Assembly (NCBI GenBank): GCA_963804645.1
Contig: CAWDRG010000002.1
Span: forward strand, 32,001 to 96,000
Origin: an uncultured Bacillota bacterium
Lineage (GTDB): Bacteria > Sysuimicrobiota > Sysuimicrobiia > Sysuimicrobiales > Segetimicrobiaceae
Reading direction: 5' to 3'
DNA: 64,000 nucleotides
Positions 1 through 9,313 of the stretch are shown here, piece after piece; position 1 is the stretch's first letter, and the number at the start of each line of letters is the position of its first letter. The translations under genes and the position numbers were made by a program. A model generated the notes under the pieces. The model was not told the DNA's origin and searched no databases. It saw only the letters and a program-made list of their open reading frames with translations.

Positions 1-653
1 CCTGATCGACCGCCCCGGCGGGGTGATCCTGCTCTTGACCCCGCCGTTCGACAGATCGGCGCAAGACCCCCGGGTACATCAAGCAGTATCTCCCCGGTAT
101 TCGCGAGAACGGCGGTCAGTATACGCACGCCGCGATCTGGACGGCCATGGCGATCGCGAAGCTCGGCAACGGAGACGAAGCCGTGGAGTTGTTTCACATG
201 CTCAACCCGATCAACCACGCGCGATCGCGGCAGGATGTCGAGCGGTACAAGGTGGAGCCGTACGTGGTCGCGGCAGATGTCTACGCTCACCGCCGTCACG
301 TAGGCCGAGGCGGCTGGACGTGGTACACTGGGTCGGCTGGCTGGTTGTATCGCCTCGGGCTTGAGAGCATCCTTGGGCTAACGCGCCACGGTGCGTCGTT
401 CGCGCTCGATCCCTGTATCCCCGCTTCGTGGCCCGCCTATTCGATCACGTGGCGCGTCGGGCGTACCCGATACGAAATCACCGTGACCAACCCGGAACAG
501 TGCTGCCGCGGCATCGCGAACGCGACCCTGGATGGCCACGCCGTTGCCCCCTCGGCCATCCCGCTGACGGACGACGGGGCGGTCCATGACGTCAACCTCG
601 TGATGGGCGTTCCGCAGGAGACCCCAACGACGACAGCGCCCCTCGCTCGATAG
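1..653 (+). CDS. C-terminal part of GH94 phosphorylase domain (cyclic beta-1,2-glucan synthase NdvB/Cgs-like or cellobiose phosphorylase-like); 5' truncated by window edge, frameshift at C-run 67-71
   Basis: Motifs LLTPPFD, (DPGYIKQYLPGI)RENGGQYTHAAIW, YKVEPYVVAADVY and GRGGWTWYTGSAGW; removing one C at 67-71 joins the two frames. Confidence 0.85.
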
Positions 654-847
654 CACAGCGAGACCGACGGCGCAGCATGCTCCGACGCGGCCCCCCACTC
701 TTCCGATCCGTCGGTTGGATGGTCTCGATCCCGTGAGAACGGTGTACAGCATCAACGGTCGGTGTGCGCCGGCACGCCTTCGGAGGCACGGTGGGACCTC
801 GCGCCGAAGCCGTACTCTGAGCCGAATGACCACGGGGGGTGACTAGC

Positions 848-2056
848 ATGGCGCCGACACCAGTGTCCGACACGACAGCGCTCAAGGCGCGGGCCCTCAA
901 GGCGCTCGACGGGCTCGAGGCCGAGGCCCGCGCGCTCGCGCTTCGGATTCACGACACGCCCGAGATCGGGTTTGAAGAGGAGCGCGCGGTCGCGTGGGTC
1001 AGCGAGCTGCTCGAGCAGCACGGCCTGCGGGTCGACCGCGGCGTCGCGGGGATCCCGACCGCCATCGTCGCCCGCGTCCCGGGCGGCCACGGGGGGCCGA
1101 CCGTCGGGTTGATCGCCGAGTACGATGCGCTCGCCGGCTTGGGCCACGCCTGCGGCCACAATTTGATGGCGGCCGGGATGGCGGCCGCCGCGGCGGCGCT
1201 CGGGACGGTCGCGCCGGAGCTGCGCGGGTCGATCGTGTACTATGGCACGCCGGCCGAAGAGGGCGGCGGCGGCAAGGTGCTCATGCTCGAAGGGCGGCGC
1301 CTTCCAAGGCTGCGACGCGGCGCTGCAGTATCACGCGGGGGACCACACGTCGGTCGCGACGGGGTGCCTGGCGGTCCAGATCTTGACGTTCCAGTTCCGG
1401 GGCGGCCGGCCCACTCGGCGGCCGGCCCGTGGAACGGCCTGAACGCGCTCGACGCGGTGATCCAGCTGTTCAACTCGGTCAACGCGCTGCGCCAGCAGCT
1501 GCGGCCGGAGACGCGCGTCCACGGGATCATCACGGACGGCGGGCAGGCCGTCAATATCATCCCGGAGCGCGCCGCCGCGTCCTTAGGCGTGCGCTCCCCC
1601 GACACCGCGTACCACCGCGACGTGGTCGCCCGCGTCGAGGCGTGCGCGCGCGGCGCGGCGGAGGCGACCGGCACGACCCTCGAGGTCACCAAGGGCCTCC
1701 TGATGGAGTCGCTCAAGTACAACGCCACGCTTGCCGGCGTCGTCAAGCGCAACTCCCAGGCGATCGGGTTTGAGATGGCGGAGCGGTTCGTCGGGGCGTC
1801 GACCGATCTCGGAAATCTGAGCCAGGCGCTCCCGACCGTGAGCTACACCCTGCCGACCTGCCCGCCAGGCGTCGGGATGCACACGCGGGCCGCCCTCGAG
1901 GCCGGCAAGGCGGAGATCGGTCTCGCGGGCATGATGAACGATGCGCGGGTCATGGTCCTGAGCGCGATCGACCTCCTCACGTCCCCCGACCTCATCGAAC
2001 GGGCGTGGGCGGACTTTCGGAGCGGCGGGAACCTTTCACGGGAGCCCGGCGCTTAG
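848..2056 (+). CDS. M20D family amidohydrolase (PM20D2/AbgB-like); two compensating frameshifts at ~1292 and ~1400
   Basis: IHDTPEIGFEE, EYDAL-GLGHACGHN, GTPAEEGGGGK, HSAAGPWNGLNALDA, HGIITDGG, ASTDLGNLS; segment GGAFQGCDAALQYH lies in an alternate frame. Confidence 0.88.
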   Translation: MAPTPVSDTTALKARALKALDGLEAEARALALRIHDTPEIGFEEERAVAWVSELLEQHGLRVDRGVAGIPTAIVARVPGGHGGPTVGLIAEYDALAGLGHACGHNLMAAGMAAAAAALGTVAPELRGSIVYYGTPAEEGGGGKVLMLEGRRLPRLRRGAAVSRGGPHVGRDGVPGGPDLDVPVPGRPAHSAAGPWNGLNALDAVIQLFNSVNALRQQLRPETRVHGIITDGGQAVNIIPERAAASLGVRSPDTAYHRDVVARVEACARGAAEATGTTLEVTKGLLMESLKYNATLAGVVKRNSQAIGFEMAERFVGASTDLGNLSQALPTVSYTLPTCPPGVGMHTRAALEAGKAEIGLAGMMNDARVMVLSAIDLLTSPDLIERAWADFRSGGNLSREPGA

Positions 2057-2088
2057 TGCGGAGATCGAACTGACGCAGGAGGTTCACG

Positions 2089-3486
2089 ATGCCCGTGGCC
2101 CTTGAGCCGTTCGTCCCGTCGTCCGGGGATCCGTGGGATTCCCAGAAGGCCGCGCATCTGCTGCGAAGGGCGGGCTTCGGCCCGCTGCCGCGCGAAATCG
2201 CCGCGGCCGCCGCCGTCGGGCCCGACCGCGCGGTCGACGCCCTGTTCGTGTTTCCGCCGGCGCTCCCCATTCCCCCCGTCGCCCTGGGGGACGCCCAGGC
2301 GGCGGAGATGCGGCTCGACGCCGAGCTGGAGCTCCTGCGGTCGACCCGCCAGCGCGCGCAGGACCATCCCGAGCTCCGCGAGTTTTACGAGCAGGTGAAT
2401 CAGGCGCACGGCCGTGCGATCGTCGAGACCACCTCGTGGTGGCTGGATCGGATGGCCTCGGGGCCCGCGCCGCTCCAGGAGAAGCTCGTCCTCTTCTGGC
2501 ACGGGCACTTCACGAGCTCGTTCGGGGACGTGCAGGACGCGATCGCGATGTACAATCAGAACCAGCTGTTCCGGCACTACGCCGCGGGGAACTTCGCGCG
2601 GCTCTTCGACGCCGTCGCCCGGGATCCCGCGATGCTGCGCTATTTGAACAACGACCAGAACCAGCGCGGCCGCCCGAACGAGAATTGGGCGCGCGAGGCG
2701 ATGGAACTGTTCACGATGGGGATCGGCCACTACACCGAGGACGACGTGCGTGAGGCCGCGCGCGCGTGGACCGGGTGGACCGTGGTGGACTACCGGTCGT
2801 TCCAGGACCGGCGGACGTTCGCGTTGAAACCGGCCGAGCACGACGGAGGCCAGAAGACGTTTCTCGGCCAGACCGGGCCGTGGGACGGCACCGACGTGAT
2901 GCGGATCATCCTCGCGACTCCCGCGGCGCCCCAGTGGGTGGCGGCGAGGCTGGCGAAGTTCTTTGTGGCGCCGCAGCCGCCCGCGGAGTTGGTCGACGGG
3001 CTCGCCGGCTTGCTGCGCCAAAACAACTACGAGCTCGCGCCCGTGCTGCGGGCGCTGTTCCGCTCGCGCGCGTTCTACCGGCCCGACGTGATGCACGCGC
3101 AGGTCAAGAGCCCGACGGAGTACGTCGTGGGAGCGGTGCGGCATCTCGGCATCCAGGACGCGGATTGGATCCGGCTTGGAGAGGCGATGACGCTGATGGG
3201 CCAGCGCCTGTTCTTCCCGCCGACCGTGGCCGGCTGGGACGGCGGCGCGGCGTGGATGAACTCCGGGACCGTGTTCACGCGCAGCGACGTCGCGGCGGCG
3301 CTGCTGGTCGGGCGCCTCGGCGTGCCGAATCTCGCGCCGCTCGGGTCGCCCGAGGCGATCAGCGCCCAGCTGCTCGCGCGTCCGCTGGCCCCGGCGCGCC
3401 AGGCGGTGCTGGCGCAGACGTCGGTCCCGTCGATGACCGGCGTGATCCACCTGGTGATGACGCTTCCTGAGTATCACGTAGCGTGA
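2089..3486 (+). CDS. DUF1800 family protein
   Basis: AAHLLRRAGFG, EKLVLFWHGHF, DPAMLRYLNN, NENWAREAMELFTMG, PPTVAGW, PEY C-terminus; AGGAGG RBS. Confidence 0.93.
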   Translation: MPVALEPFVPSSGDPWDSQKAAHLLRRAGFGPLPREIAAAAAVGPDRAVDALFVFPPALPIPPVALGDAQAAEMRLDAELELLRSTRQRAQDHPELREFYEQVNQAHGRAIVETTSWWLDRMASGPAPLQEKLVLFWHGHFTSSFGDVQDAIAMYNQNQLFRHYAAGNFARLFDAVARDPAMLRYLNNDQNQRGRPNENWAREAMELFTMGIGHYTEDDVREAARAWTGWTVVDYRSFQDRRTFALKPAEHDGGQKTFLGQTGPWDGTDVMRIILATPAAPQWVAARLAKFFVAPQPPAELVDGLAGLLRQNNYELAPVLRALFRSRAFYRPDVMHAQVKSPTEYVVGAVRHLGIQDADWIRLGEAMTLMGQRLFFPPTVAGWDGGAAWMNSGTVFTRSDVAAALLVGRLGVPNLAPLGSPEAISAQLLARPLAPARQAVLAQTSVPSMTGVIHLVMTLPEYHVA

Positions 3487-3499
3487 GGAGGACACCAGC

Positions 3500-4825
3500 A
3501 TGCGGCACATGATGACCCGGCGGGAGTTTCTGGCCAAGGGGCTGACGATCGTCTCCGCCGGCGTCACCGCCCCGATGTTCCTGACGAGGACCGCGCTCGC
3601 GCTCAACAACCCGTGGGACCAGTCGCTCACCGCGCAGGCCGCGGGCCAGCCGGACTGGCCGATTCTCGTCGTCGTCCAGATGGGCGGGGGCAACGATGGG
3701 CTCAACACGATCGTCCCGTTCGTGCACGACGAGTACTACCGGGCGCGCCCGCATCTCGCGGTCCCGCAGAATCAGCTGCTGCGGCTGAACGACGAGGTCG
3801 GCCTGAACCCCGAGCTCAAGCCGCTCAAGGAGCTGTTCGACGACGGCCAGCTGGGCATTATCCAGGGCGTGGGCTATCCCAATCCGAACCGCAGCCACTT
3901 CCGGTCCATGGAGATCTGGCATACGGCCGACCCGACCGGGACCGGGCCGAAGACCGGCTGGCTGGGACGGATGTTCGACAGCGAGTGCCCCGACTGCGGC
4001 GAGACTGCGGGCATCACGCTGTCTCCGGAGATGCCGCTCGCGATGCAGGGCACCGGCGGCCGGGTCGTCGCGATGGACAACCCCGCTCGGTTCGGGTTTC
4101 ACCCGGTCCCCGGCGCGGGCGCGCAGGAGGTCGAGGCGCTGCACGCGCTGCTCCGCCCCGTCGCCGGCGAGGAGCCGATGGTGGACTTCCTCACGCATAC
4201 GGAGATGAACGCGCTCGTCGCCGCCTCCGACGTCGGCAAGATCGCCAGCAAGATCGCGACCGACGCCGGCGCGGGGTATCCGAAAGACCCGTTCAGCCAG
4301 AAGCTGCGGATCGTCGCCGAGCTGATCGCGGCCGGCTCCCCGACGCGCGTCTACTACGTCGGCCTCGGCGGGTTCGATACCCACGCCGCTCAGGCCGGCC
4401 GCCAGGATCGGCTGCTCGCGACCCTCGGCGCCGGGCTCGGCGCGTTCGCGGGCGACCTCAAAGACAAGGGCCTCCAAGAGCGGGTGCTCACGATGACGTT
4501 CTCGGAGTTCGGACGCCGGGTCGCCGAGAACGACGCGGCCGGCACCGACCACGGCACTGCGGCGCCGATGTTCCTGATGGGCGGTCCCGTCACCCCGGGC
4601 GTGCACGGCGCCCACCCGAGCCTGACGGACCTCGACATGGGCGATCTCAAGTTCGGCACCGACTTCCGGAGCGTGTACGCGACGGTTCTCGAACAGTGGC
4701 TCGGCGTCAAGAGCGATACAATCCTGAACGGGCGGTTCCAGACCCTGGATATTGTGAAGCCGCACGTGGGGGCGGTGGCCGTCTCCGGCCTGATGCCCGG
4801 CGGGGCGCGCGTGCGCCGCGCCTAG
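3500..4825 (+). CDS. DUF1501 family protein with Tat signal
   Basis: TRREFL, GGGNDGLNT, YPNPNRSHFRSMEIW, GGFDTHA, FSEFGRR, GTDHG, DFRSVYA; canonical partner of DUF1800. Confidence 0.93.
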   Translation: MRHMMTRREFLAKGLTIVSAGVTAPMFLTRTALALNNPWDQSLTAQAAGQPDWPILVVVQMGGGNDGLNTIVPFVHDEYYRARPHLAVPQNQLLRLNDEVGLNPELKPLKELFDDGQLGIIQGVGYPNPNRSHFRSMEIWHTADPTGTGPKTGWLGRMFDSECPDCGETAGITLSPEMPLAMQGTGGRVVAMDNPARFGFHPVPGAGAQEVEALHALLRPVAGEEPMVDFLTHTEMNALVAASDVGKIASKIATDAGAGYPKDPFSQKLRIVAELIAAGSPTRVYYVGLGGFDTHAAQAGRQDRLLATLGAGLGAFAGDLKDKGLQERVLTMTFSEFGRRVAENDAAGTDHGTAAPMFLMGGPVTPGVHGAHPSLTDLDMGDLKFGTDFRSVYATVLEQWLGVKSDTILNGRFQTLDIVKPHVGAVAVSGLMPGGARVRRA

Positions 4826-4852
4826 TCTGCCCTCGGGGATTGACGCGCGGCG

Positions 4853-5368
4853 CTAGCCGCCCGCGGCGGCGTTGGCGCGGCTCAGCAGCGTGTTGTGCAC
4901 CGAGGCGACGATTTCCTCGAGCGCGTAGCTCAGGTACACCGCCTTGGACCCCGCCAGGTCGTGCCGAGGGGACTCAAGGACATACGGCGGCGCGTGCTTC
5001 GGCAGCGGCGGCAGCGGCTGGAACGCCTCAACCAGCAGGGTGTCAGTCAGCTTCGTGAGCATGTCGAGCCGCCTCTCGACGGCCGCCGGCGCTTCATCGG
5101 GAATGCCGCTTGCGGAATGCGTGCCGTTCGGCAGCGCGACGGGAAGCACGTTCCGAAGCTCGATCAGGGCGCTGCGGATCCCGTCGAGTGTCCGGCGCAG
5201 GTCGTCCGCGTGGGAGACCCGGATGCCGGGGGCCTGCGGATAGTCGGGTCTGGCCTGGAGGAGCGGTTCCTGCTGCGACAGCCGGCGGAGTGCCTCCGCG
5301 TACGTGCCCAGTCCCTCCACGCGCCGCCACAACGACAGCCACGGCTGCTGGTCACCTGCGTCGGTCAT
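4853..5368 (-). CDS. hypothetical alpha-helical protein (~171 aa)
   Basis: GGAGG RBS upstream of ATG 5368; protein-like composition; fills the gap between neighbours. Confidence 0.65.
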   Translation of the reverse strand: MTDAGDQQPWLSLWRRVEGLGTYAEALRRLSQQEPLLQARPDYPQAPGIRVSHADDLRRTLDGIRSALIELRNVLPVALPNGTHSASGIPDEAPAAVERRLDMLTKLTDTLLVEAFQPLPPLPKHAPPYVLESPRHDLAGSKAVYLSYALEEIVASVHNTLLSRANAAAGG

Positions 5369-5487
5369 GCCCGGTCCTCCCTGACGTCCTGATGCGATCC
5401 GCACGTCCCCGGCGTCCGTTCTCGCTATCATACGGTGCGGGCGTCGCGTCCGCCTGCCGCCGCCGCGGGGCGCGCACCCTGGGACTG

Positions 5488-5496
5488 TGCTATCAT
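5488..5496 (+). promoter_or_regulatory. candidate extended -10 promoter element (TGcTATCAT) for the RibD-like gene
   Basis: TG-N-TATCAT about 50 nt upstream of ATG 5547. Confidence 0.4.
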
Positions 5497-5546
5497 CGAC
5501 CCGTGCCGTCTCGAGTGAGCCGCTACCGACGCGCCCGGAGGCCTGC

Positions 5547-6428
5547 ATGAGCGGGCCCGGTTGGAAGCGCACCGTGCCGCTGCCGGCGGCCGTGCGCCTC
5601 GTCTGGCACGAGTCGGAACCGTTCCCGCGGGATGTGCCGATTGAGGCGCTCTACACCGACCTGCGGTTCCCGGCGGCGCTTGACGGCCTCCCCTATCTCA
5701 TCGCCAACATGGTCATGACCCAAAACGGCGAGGCGGCTGTCGACGGCAAGGCGTATCCGGTCGGGACGCCCGTGGACGGAGTGGCGCTGACGCGCCTGCG
5801 CGTCGCGACCGATGCGACGCTGACCGGCATCGGGACGGTGCTCGCCGAGGACGTGACCGCGGTCCTGTCCGAGGCGGAGGCCGCCCGGCGCGTGGCCGCG
5901 GGGCGCCCGCCGCACGTGCTGGTGGCCGTCCTGAGCACCGCGCTCGAGTTTCCGCCGGAGACGCTCTCCCGCCGTCTGTTCACCGACCCTCGGTTCGATC
6001 GGGTCGTGGTCACGACGGAGCGCGCGGCCGCCGGTGCCGCGGCCCACGTGGAGGCCCTCGGCATCGACGTGATCCGCGTCGCCGCATCGTCGGACGGCCG
6101 TCCGGACCCCGCCGCAGCCCTGCGCGCGCTCGGGCGGCGGGGCGTGCGCAGTGTGGTGACCGAGGGGGGTCCGGGACTCCTCACGAGCCTCTTCCGGGCG
6201 CGGCTCGTGCGCGAGTACTTCCTGACGACGAGCCCGTTTGTGCTCGGCGGCACCGCCGCGCCGCGGCCGGTCAGCGGCGCGCTGGACCCGTTCATCCTGG
6301 TGAGCCGGATCAGCCGGATCGAACACGCGTTTCGCGACCCCGCCACCGGCGCGCCGCTCGTGGAGGCGCTCGATCGCTTTCGCGTCGTGTATCCGGAGGC
6401 CTCCCCACCGGCCGGGGCGAATGCGTAG
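5547..6428 (+). CDS. RibD C-terminal domain / dihydrofolate reductase-fold pyrimidine reductase-like protein
   Basis: PYLIANMV, LRVATDATLTGIGTVLAED, SVVTEGGPGLL, EYFLTTSP. Confidence 0.8.
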   Translation: MSGPGWKRTVPLPAAVRLVWHESEPFPRDVPIEALYTDLRFPAALDGLPYLIANMVMTQNGEAAVDGKAYPVGTPVDGVALTRLRVATDATLTGIGTVLAEDVTAVLSEAEAARRVAAGRPPHVLVAVLSTALEFPPETLSRRLFTDPRFDRVVVTTERAAAGAAAHVEALGIDVIRVAASSDGRPDPAAALRALGRRGVRSVVTEGGPGLLTSLFRARLVREYFLTTSPFVLGGTAAPRPVSGALDPFILVSRISRIEHAFRDPATGAPLVEALDRFRVVYPEASPPAGANA

Positions 6429-6486
6429 CGAGGACCCGCCGCACGGCGCGGCTCCGATCACATCGGTTTGAGAGGGGTGAGCGTCC

Positions 6487-7596
6487 GTGGCTGACACCGC
6501 CGCGTACCTCGAGCGCACGCTCTGCGATCTCGTCAGCATCCGCAGCGTAACCGGCGAAGAGGCCGCGCTGTCGCAGTACATCTCCGACTCGCTGTCGCGC
6601 GCGGGCGTGGCGGTCGAGCGCGATGCGGAGGGGAACGTGACGGCGGAGCTCGGCGCGGGCGATCGGCTGCTCGTCGTCAACGGGCACATGGACACGGTCC
6701 CCCCGGTGGACGGCTGGACTACCGATCCCTTCTCGCCCCGCATCGACGGCGGCCGCGTGATCGGTCTCGGCGCCTCGGACATGAAGGCCGGGCTCGCCTG
6801 CATGATGTGGCTCGCGCAGCACGCGCGCCCGCGGGTGCGGACGTGGTTCGCGTTTACCAACAACGAGGAGGGCGGCTCGATCACGCCCCGCAACGGGGTG
6901 CGGCGGTTGATCGGCCGGGCGAAGCCGGACTACGCGATCACGACCGAGCCGTCGTACGACCCGGGCAGCCGGACGCTGCACGTCGGCATCGGCTGTCAGG
7001 GTCGCGCGGTCGGCTACCTCACGGTGCTCGGCCGCAGCGGCCACTCCTCCGACTGGCGCCGGGCCGACAACGCGATCTACCGCGGCGTCGACGTCATTCG
7101 GCGGATCGCGTCGGCCGCCGAGCGCCTCAAAGGGGTCGAGGTGGCGCCCGGCGTGCACAGCGTCCCGTCGCTGTCGGTCGTGGCGGCCCACGCCGGGTTG
7201 GCGGAAAACGTCATTCCCGACCGGCTGAAGCTGACCGTCGACCGCCGCCTCGCCGTCGGCGAGGACTACGGCACGTTCGAAGCGGAACTCCGGGCCGCGG
7301 CGGAGGGAGTGCCGCACGAGCTGGAGCTCGCCAAGCTGTGCCTGCCGACTCTGGCCGACCGCAACGGCCATACGCTGCGGGTCGTGCGCGAGACGGTCGC
7401 CAAGATCCAGGGCGCCGCGTCGCTGCAGTTCTCGCAGGGACGCCAGGACCTGTCGATCTTTGCGGAGCGGACCCACGACTTCTGCAATCTTGGTCCGGGC
7501 TCGATCGGCCAGGCCCACAACGCGGGCGAGTGCGCGACCGTGGCGGGCATGGTCGCCGCGACGGCGGCGCTGAAGGCCGTGATCGAGGCGATGTGA
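6487..7596 (+). CDS. M20A ArgE/DapE/LysK-family deacylase
   Basis: NGHMDTVP, GLGASDMKAG, NEEGG, TEP, GHSS, QAHNAGE metal-site motifs. Confidence 0.88.
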   Translation: MADTAAYLERTLCDLVSIRSVTGEEAALSQYISDSLSRAGVAVERDAEGNVTAELGAGDRLLVVNGHMDTVPPVDGWTTDPFSPRIDGGRVIGLGASDMKAGLACMMWLAQHARPRVRTWFAFTNNEEGGSITPRNGVRRLIGRAKPDYAITTEPSYDPGSRTLHVGIGCQGRAVGYLTVLGRSGHSSDWRRADNAIYRGVDVIRRIASAAERLKGVEVAPGVHSVPSLSVVAAHAGLAENVIPDRLKLTVDRRLAVGEDYGTFEAELRAAAEGVPHELELAKLCLPTLADRNGHTLRVVRETVAKIQGAASLQFSQGRQDLSIFAERTHDFCNLGPGSIGQAHNAGECATVAGMVAATAALKAVIEAM

Positions 7597-7689
7597 GGCG
7601 GCGGGACACCCTATCGCAGGAGACGCCATTCCTGAGGTCCCGACGGGTTCCGCGCCGCCCCCGGCCCTGTGCGGAGGCATTGCCATCGA

Positions 7690-8064
7690 CTACAAGGCCT
7701 TCGCGCGCTCGCTTCCGCCAGACCGACGCTCGCAAGCAGAGCGATGCTTAACCCCCAGAACAGCTGCCGACGACGAGGGACGCAATCGGCGATGAAGGTC
7801 GCGGCCAGCGCCACCGCCGCCCCGGCGGCCCCTTGGGCGGTGCGCGCCTGTCCGACCGCCGCCAGTGAGACGTGGCGTCGTGCCAAGCAGCCGCTTGGTC
7901 TCCGCGATCTCTCGCTCCCGGCCGATGAAGCTTGTGAGTTGAACAGGTAGGTTGTCAAGACGCTGGCGAGGCGGCGAAGACACGGGGCGTTGTTGACGCA
8001 GAGGCCTTGCCGGGCGCTTAGCAGCCGGTTTCTTCGCAACCCGCTTCCGTGACCGACGAGCCAT
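7690..8064 (-). pseudogene. remnant of an AfsR/LuxR-type STAND ATPase regulator
   Basis: NLPVQLTSFIGREREIAETKRLL is the typical pre-Walker-A segment, but the P-loop is lost and the frame degrades. Confidence 0.6.
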
Positions 8065-8197
8065 TCGTCAGCCCCGCGCGACCTGACATCGCGCTGTTGC
8101 GGTCGGGGTTCGGCAGGTCGGGAGTGTTGACCTCTGGGCGCCCTAGAGGGGGGCGGCACCCTACCCCAGAAACGCGGCGATCAAAAGATCCGCTGGG

Positions 8198-8632
8198 CTA
8201 CGCGACGGCCTCGACTCGCACCTGATGGCCGGACCGGCGGGCCAACCGAGCCCAGTGTTCCATCTGTCGCAGGTTGGCGGTGACCACGACCCCGCGTACC
8301 TGTGCGGCGCTCAACACGATCAGCACATCATTGGCATGCTCGGCAGGCTTGATCTGTCCATAAAGACGTTGGTATTGTTCAACGAGCCGACCCGCAAGGA
8401 TCCAGTCCTGATACGTCGGCGTCAAGACCGCTCCCAACCGCTCGAACCCTCTCAGGAGCAGCGCCAGCGCGTCGGCGTCTTCGCGATTGCGAGTCCCGGC
8501 CCAGAGTTCGTGCGCAACCACCGCACTTAGGTATCCTTGCCCCACGGTCAGAGGGCGCAGAATGGTGTCAGTTTCGAGACGCCCCCGAATTGCGAGAATG
8601 AATGTTGAGGTGTCGAAGACCCGAGGCCTCAT
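8198..8632 (-). CDS. vapC: VapC-family PIN-domain toxin
   Basis: VFDTSTFI, SAVVAHELWAG, NDVLIVLSA, VVTANLR; coupled to upstream small antitoxin by ATGA overlap. Confidence 0.88.
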   Translation of the reverse strand: MRPRVFDTSTFILAIRGRLETDTILRPLTVGQGYLSAVVAHELWAGTRNREDADALALLLRGFERLGAVLTPTYQDWILAGRLVEQYQRLYGQIKPAEHANDVLIVLSAAQVRGVVVTANLRQMEHWARLARRSGHQVRVEAVA

Positions 8633-8829
8633 CCCTTGGGAGCCCGACGGTATGCGTCGACGAACGTACCACGTTCCCGGAGACGACGGAGCCCCTCGAT
8701 CACATCCTCCCGGGCTAGCGCGAGATCCACAGCGCGGCGGACCGCCTCACTTTCACTCACCCCCAGCCGGGCGGCCAACTCCTGGACTCGGCCAGCCGAG
8801 ACGATTAGGTTTTTCCGTTGAAGCGCCAT
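8629..8829 (-). CDS. VapB-like ribbon-helix-helix antitoxin
   Basis: 66 aa with RKNLIV strand and LAARLGVSESEAVRRAV helices; 4-nt overlap with the PIN gene. Confidence 0.8.
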   Translation of the reverse strand: MALQRKNLIVSAGRVQELAARLGVSESEAVRRAVDLALAREDVIEGLRRLRERGTFVDAYRRAPKG

Positions 8830-8848
8830 GGGCGTCCCTTACCGTGAG

Positions 8849-8879
8849 ATGTGTAATAAACTAGGGATATTATACACAT
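8849..8879 (-). promoter_or_regulatory. vapBC promoter/operator: TATAAT (-) at 8869-8874 inside inverted repeat ATGTGTA-N17-TACACAT
   Basis: Consensus -10 overlapped by an AT-rich inverted repeat, typical of TA autorepression. Confidence 0.6.
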
Positions 8880-9313
8880 TCGAGCGCACCAAGGGAATCT
8901 CCGCTCACCGGGTTGTCCTAGGTCAGGCTTCAAGTACATGCCCCAGGAACGCACGGCCGCTCACAAGCGCCCGCGCCAGGATCGCTCGCAACTCGTGGAG
9001 TTTCGTCTCACCATCCGGCGCAATGGTGAGCGCAGCGGAACTGAGCGCTCTCACCGCGGTCAGCGACAAGGGCCCCGTCCTCCCGCAGACTTCGGAGGGT
9101 TTGAGCGATCAGCGCGTTACCCGCCCCCCGAGCGCCCCGGGCCGCGCCGCGAGCATCTCCGCGATCCCCCATTTGGCTCTATTTCTTGGATTTGTAAAGT
9201 CCCGGAACAGGATCCCGGCGGCCGCGACCAGCAACTCCAGGGCTGTTGAGATGGGCGCGCCACACGGGGGACGTCACGCGAGCGCTCGACGTCCCCTCTG
9301 CGTCGCGGCGTGT

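Noticed and set aside
8900..9300. ORFs 8828-9745 (+), 8938-9249 (+) and a stop-interrupted minus-strand frame
   Set aside because: No recognisable motifs or RBS; may be debris but cannot be assigned
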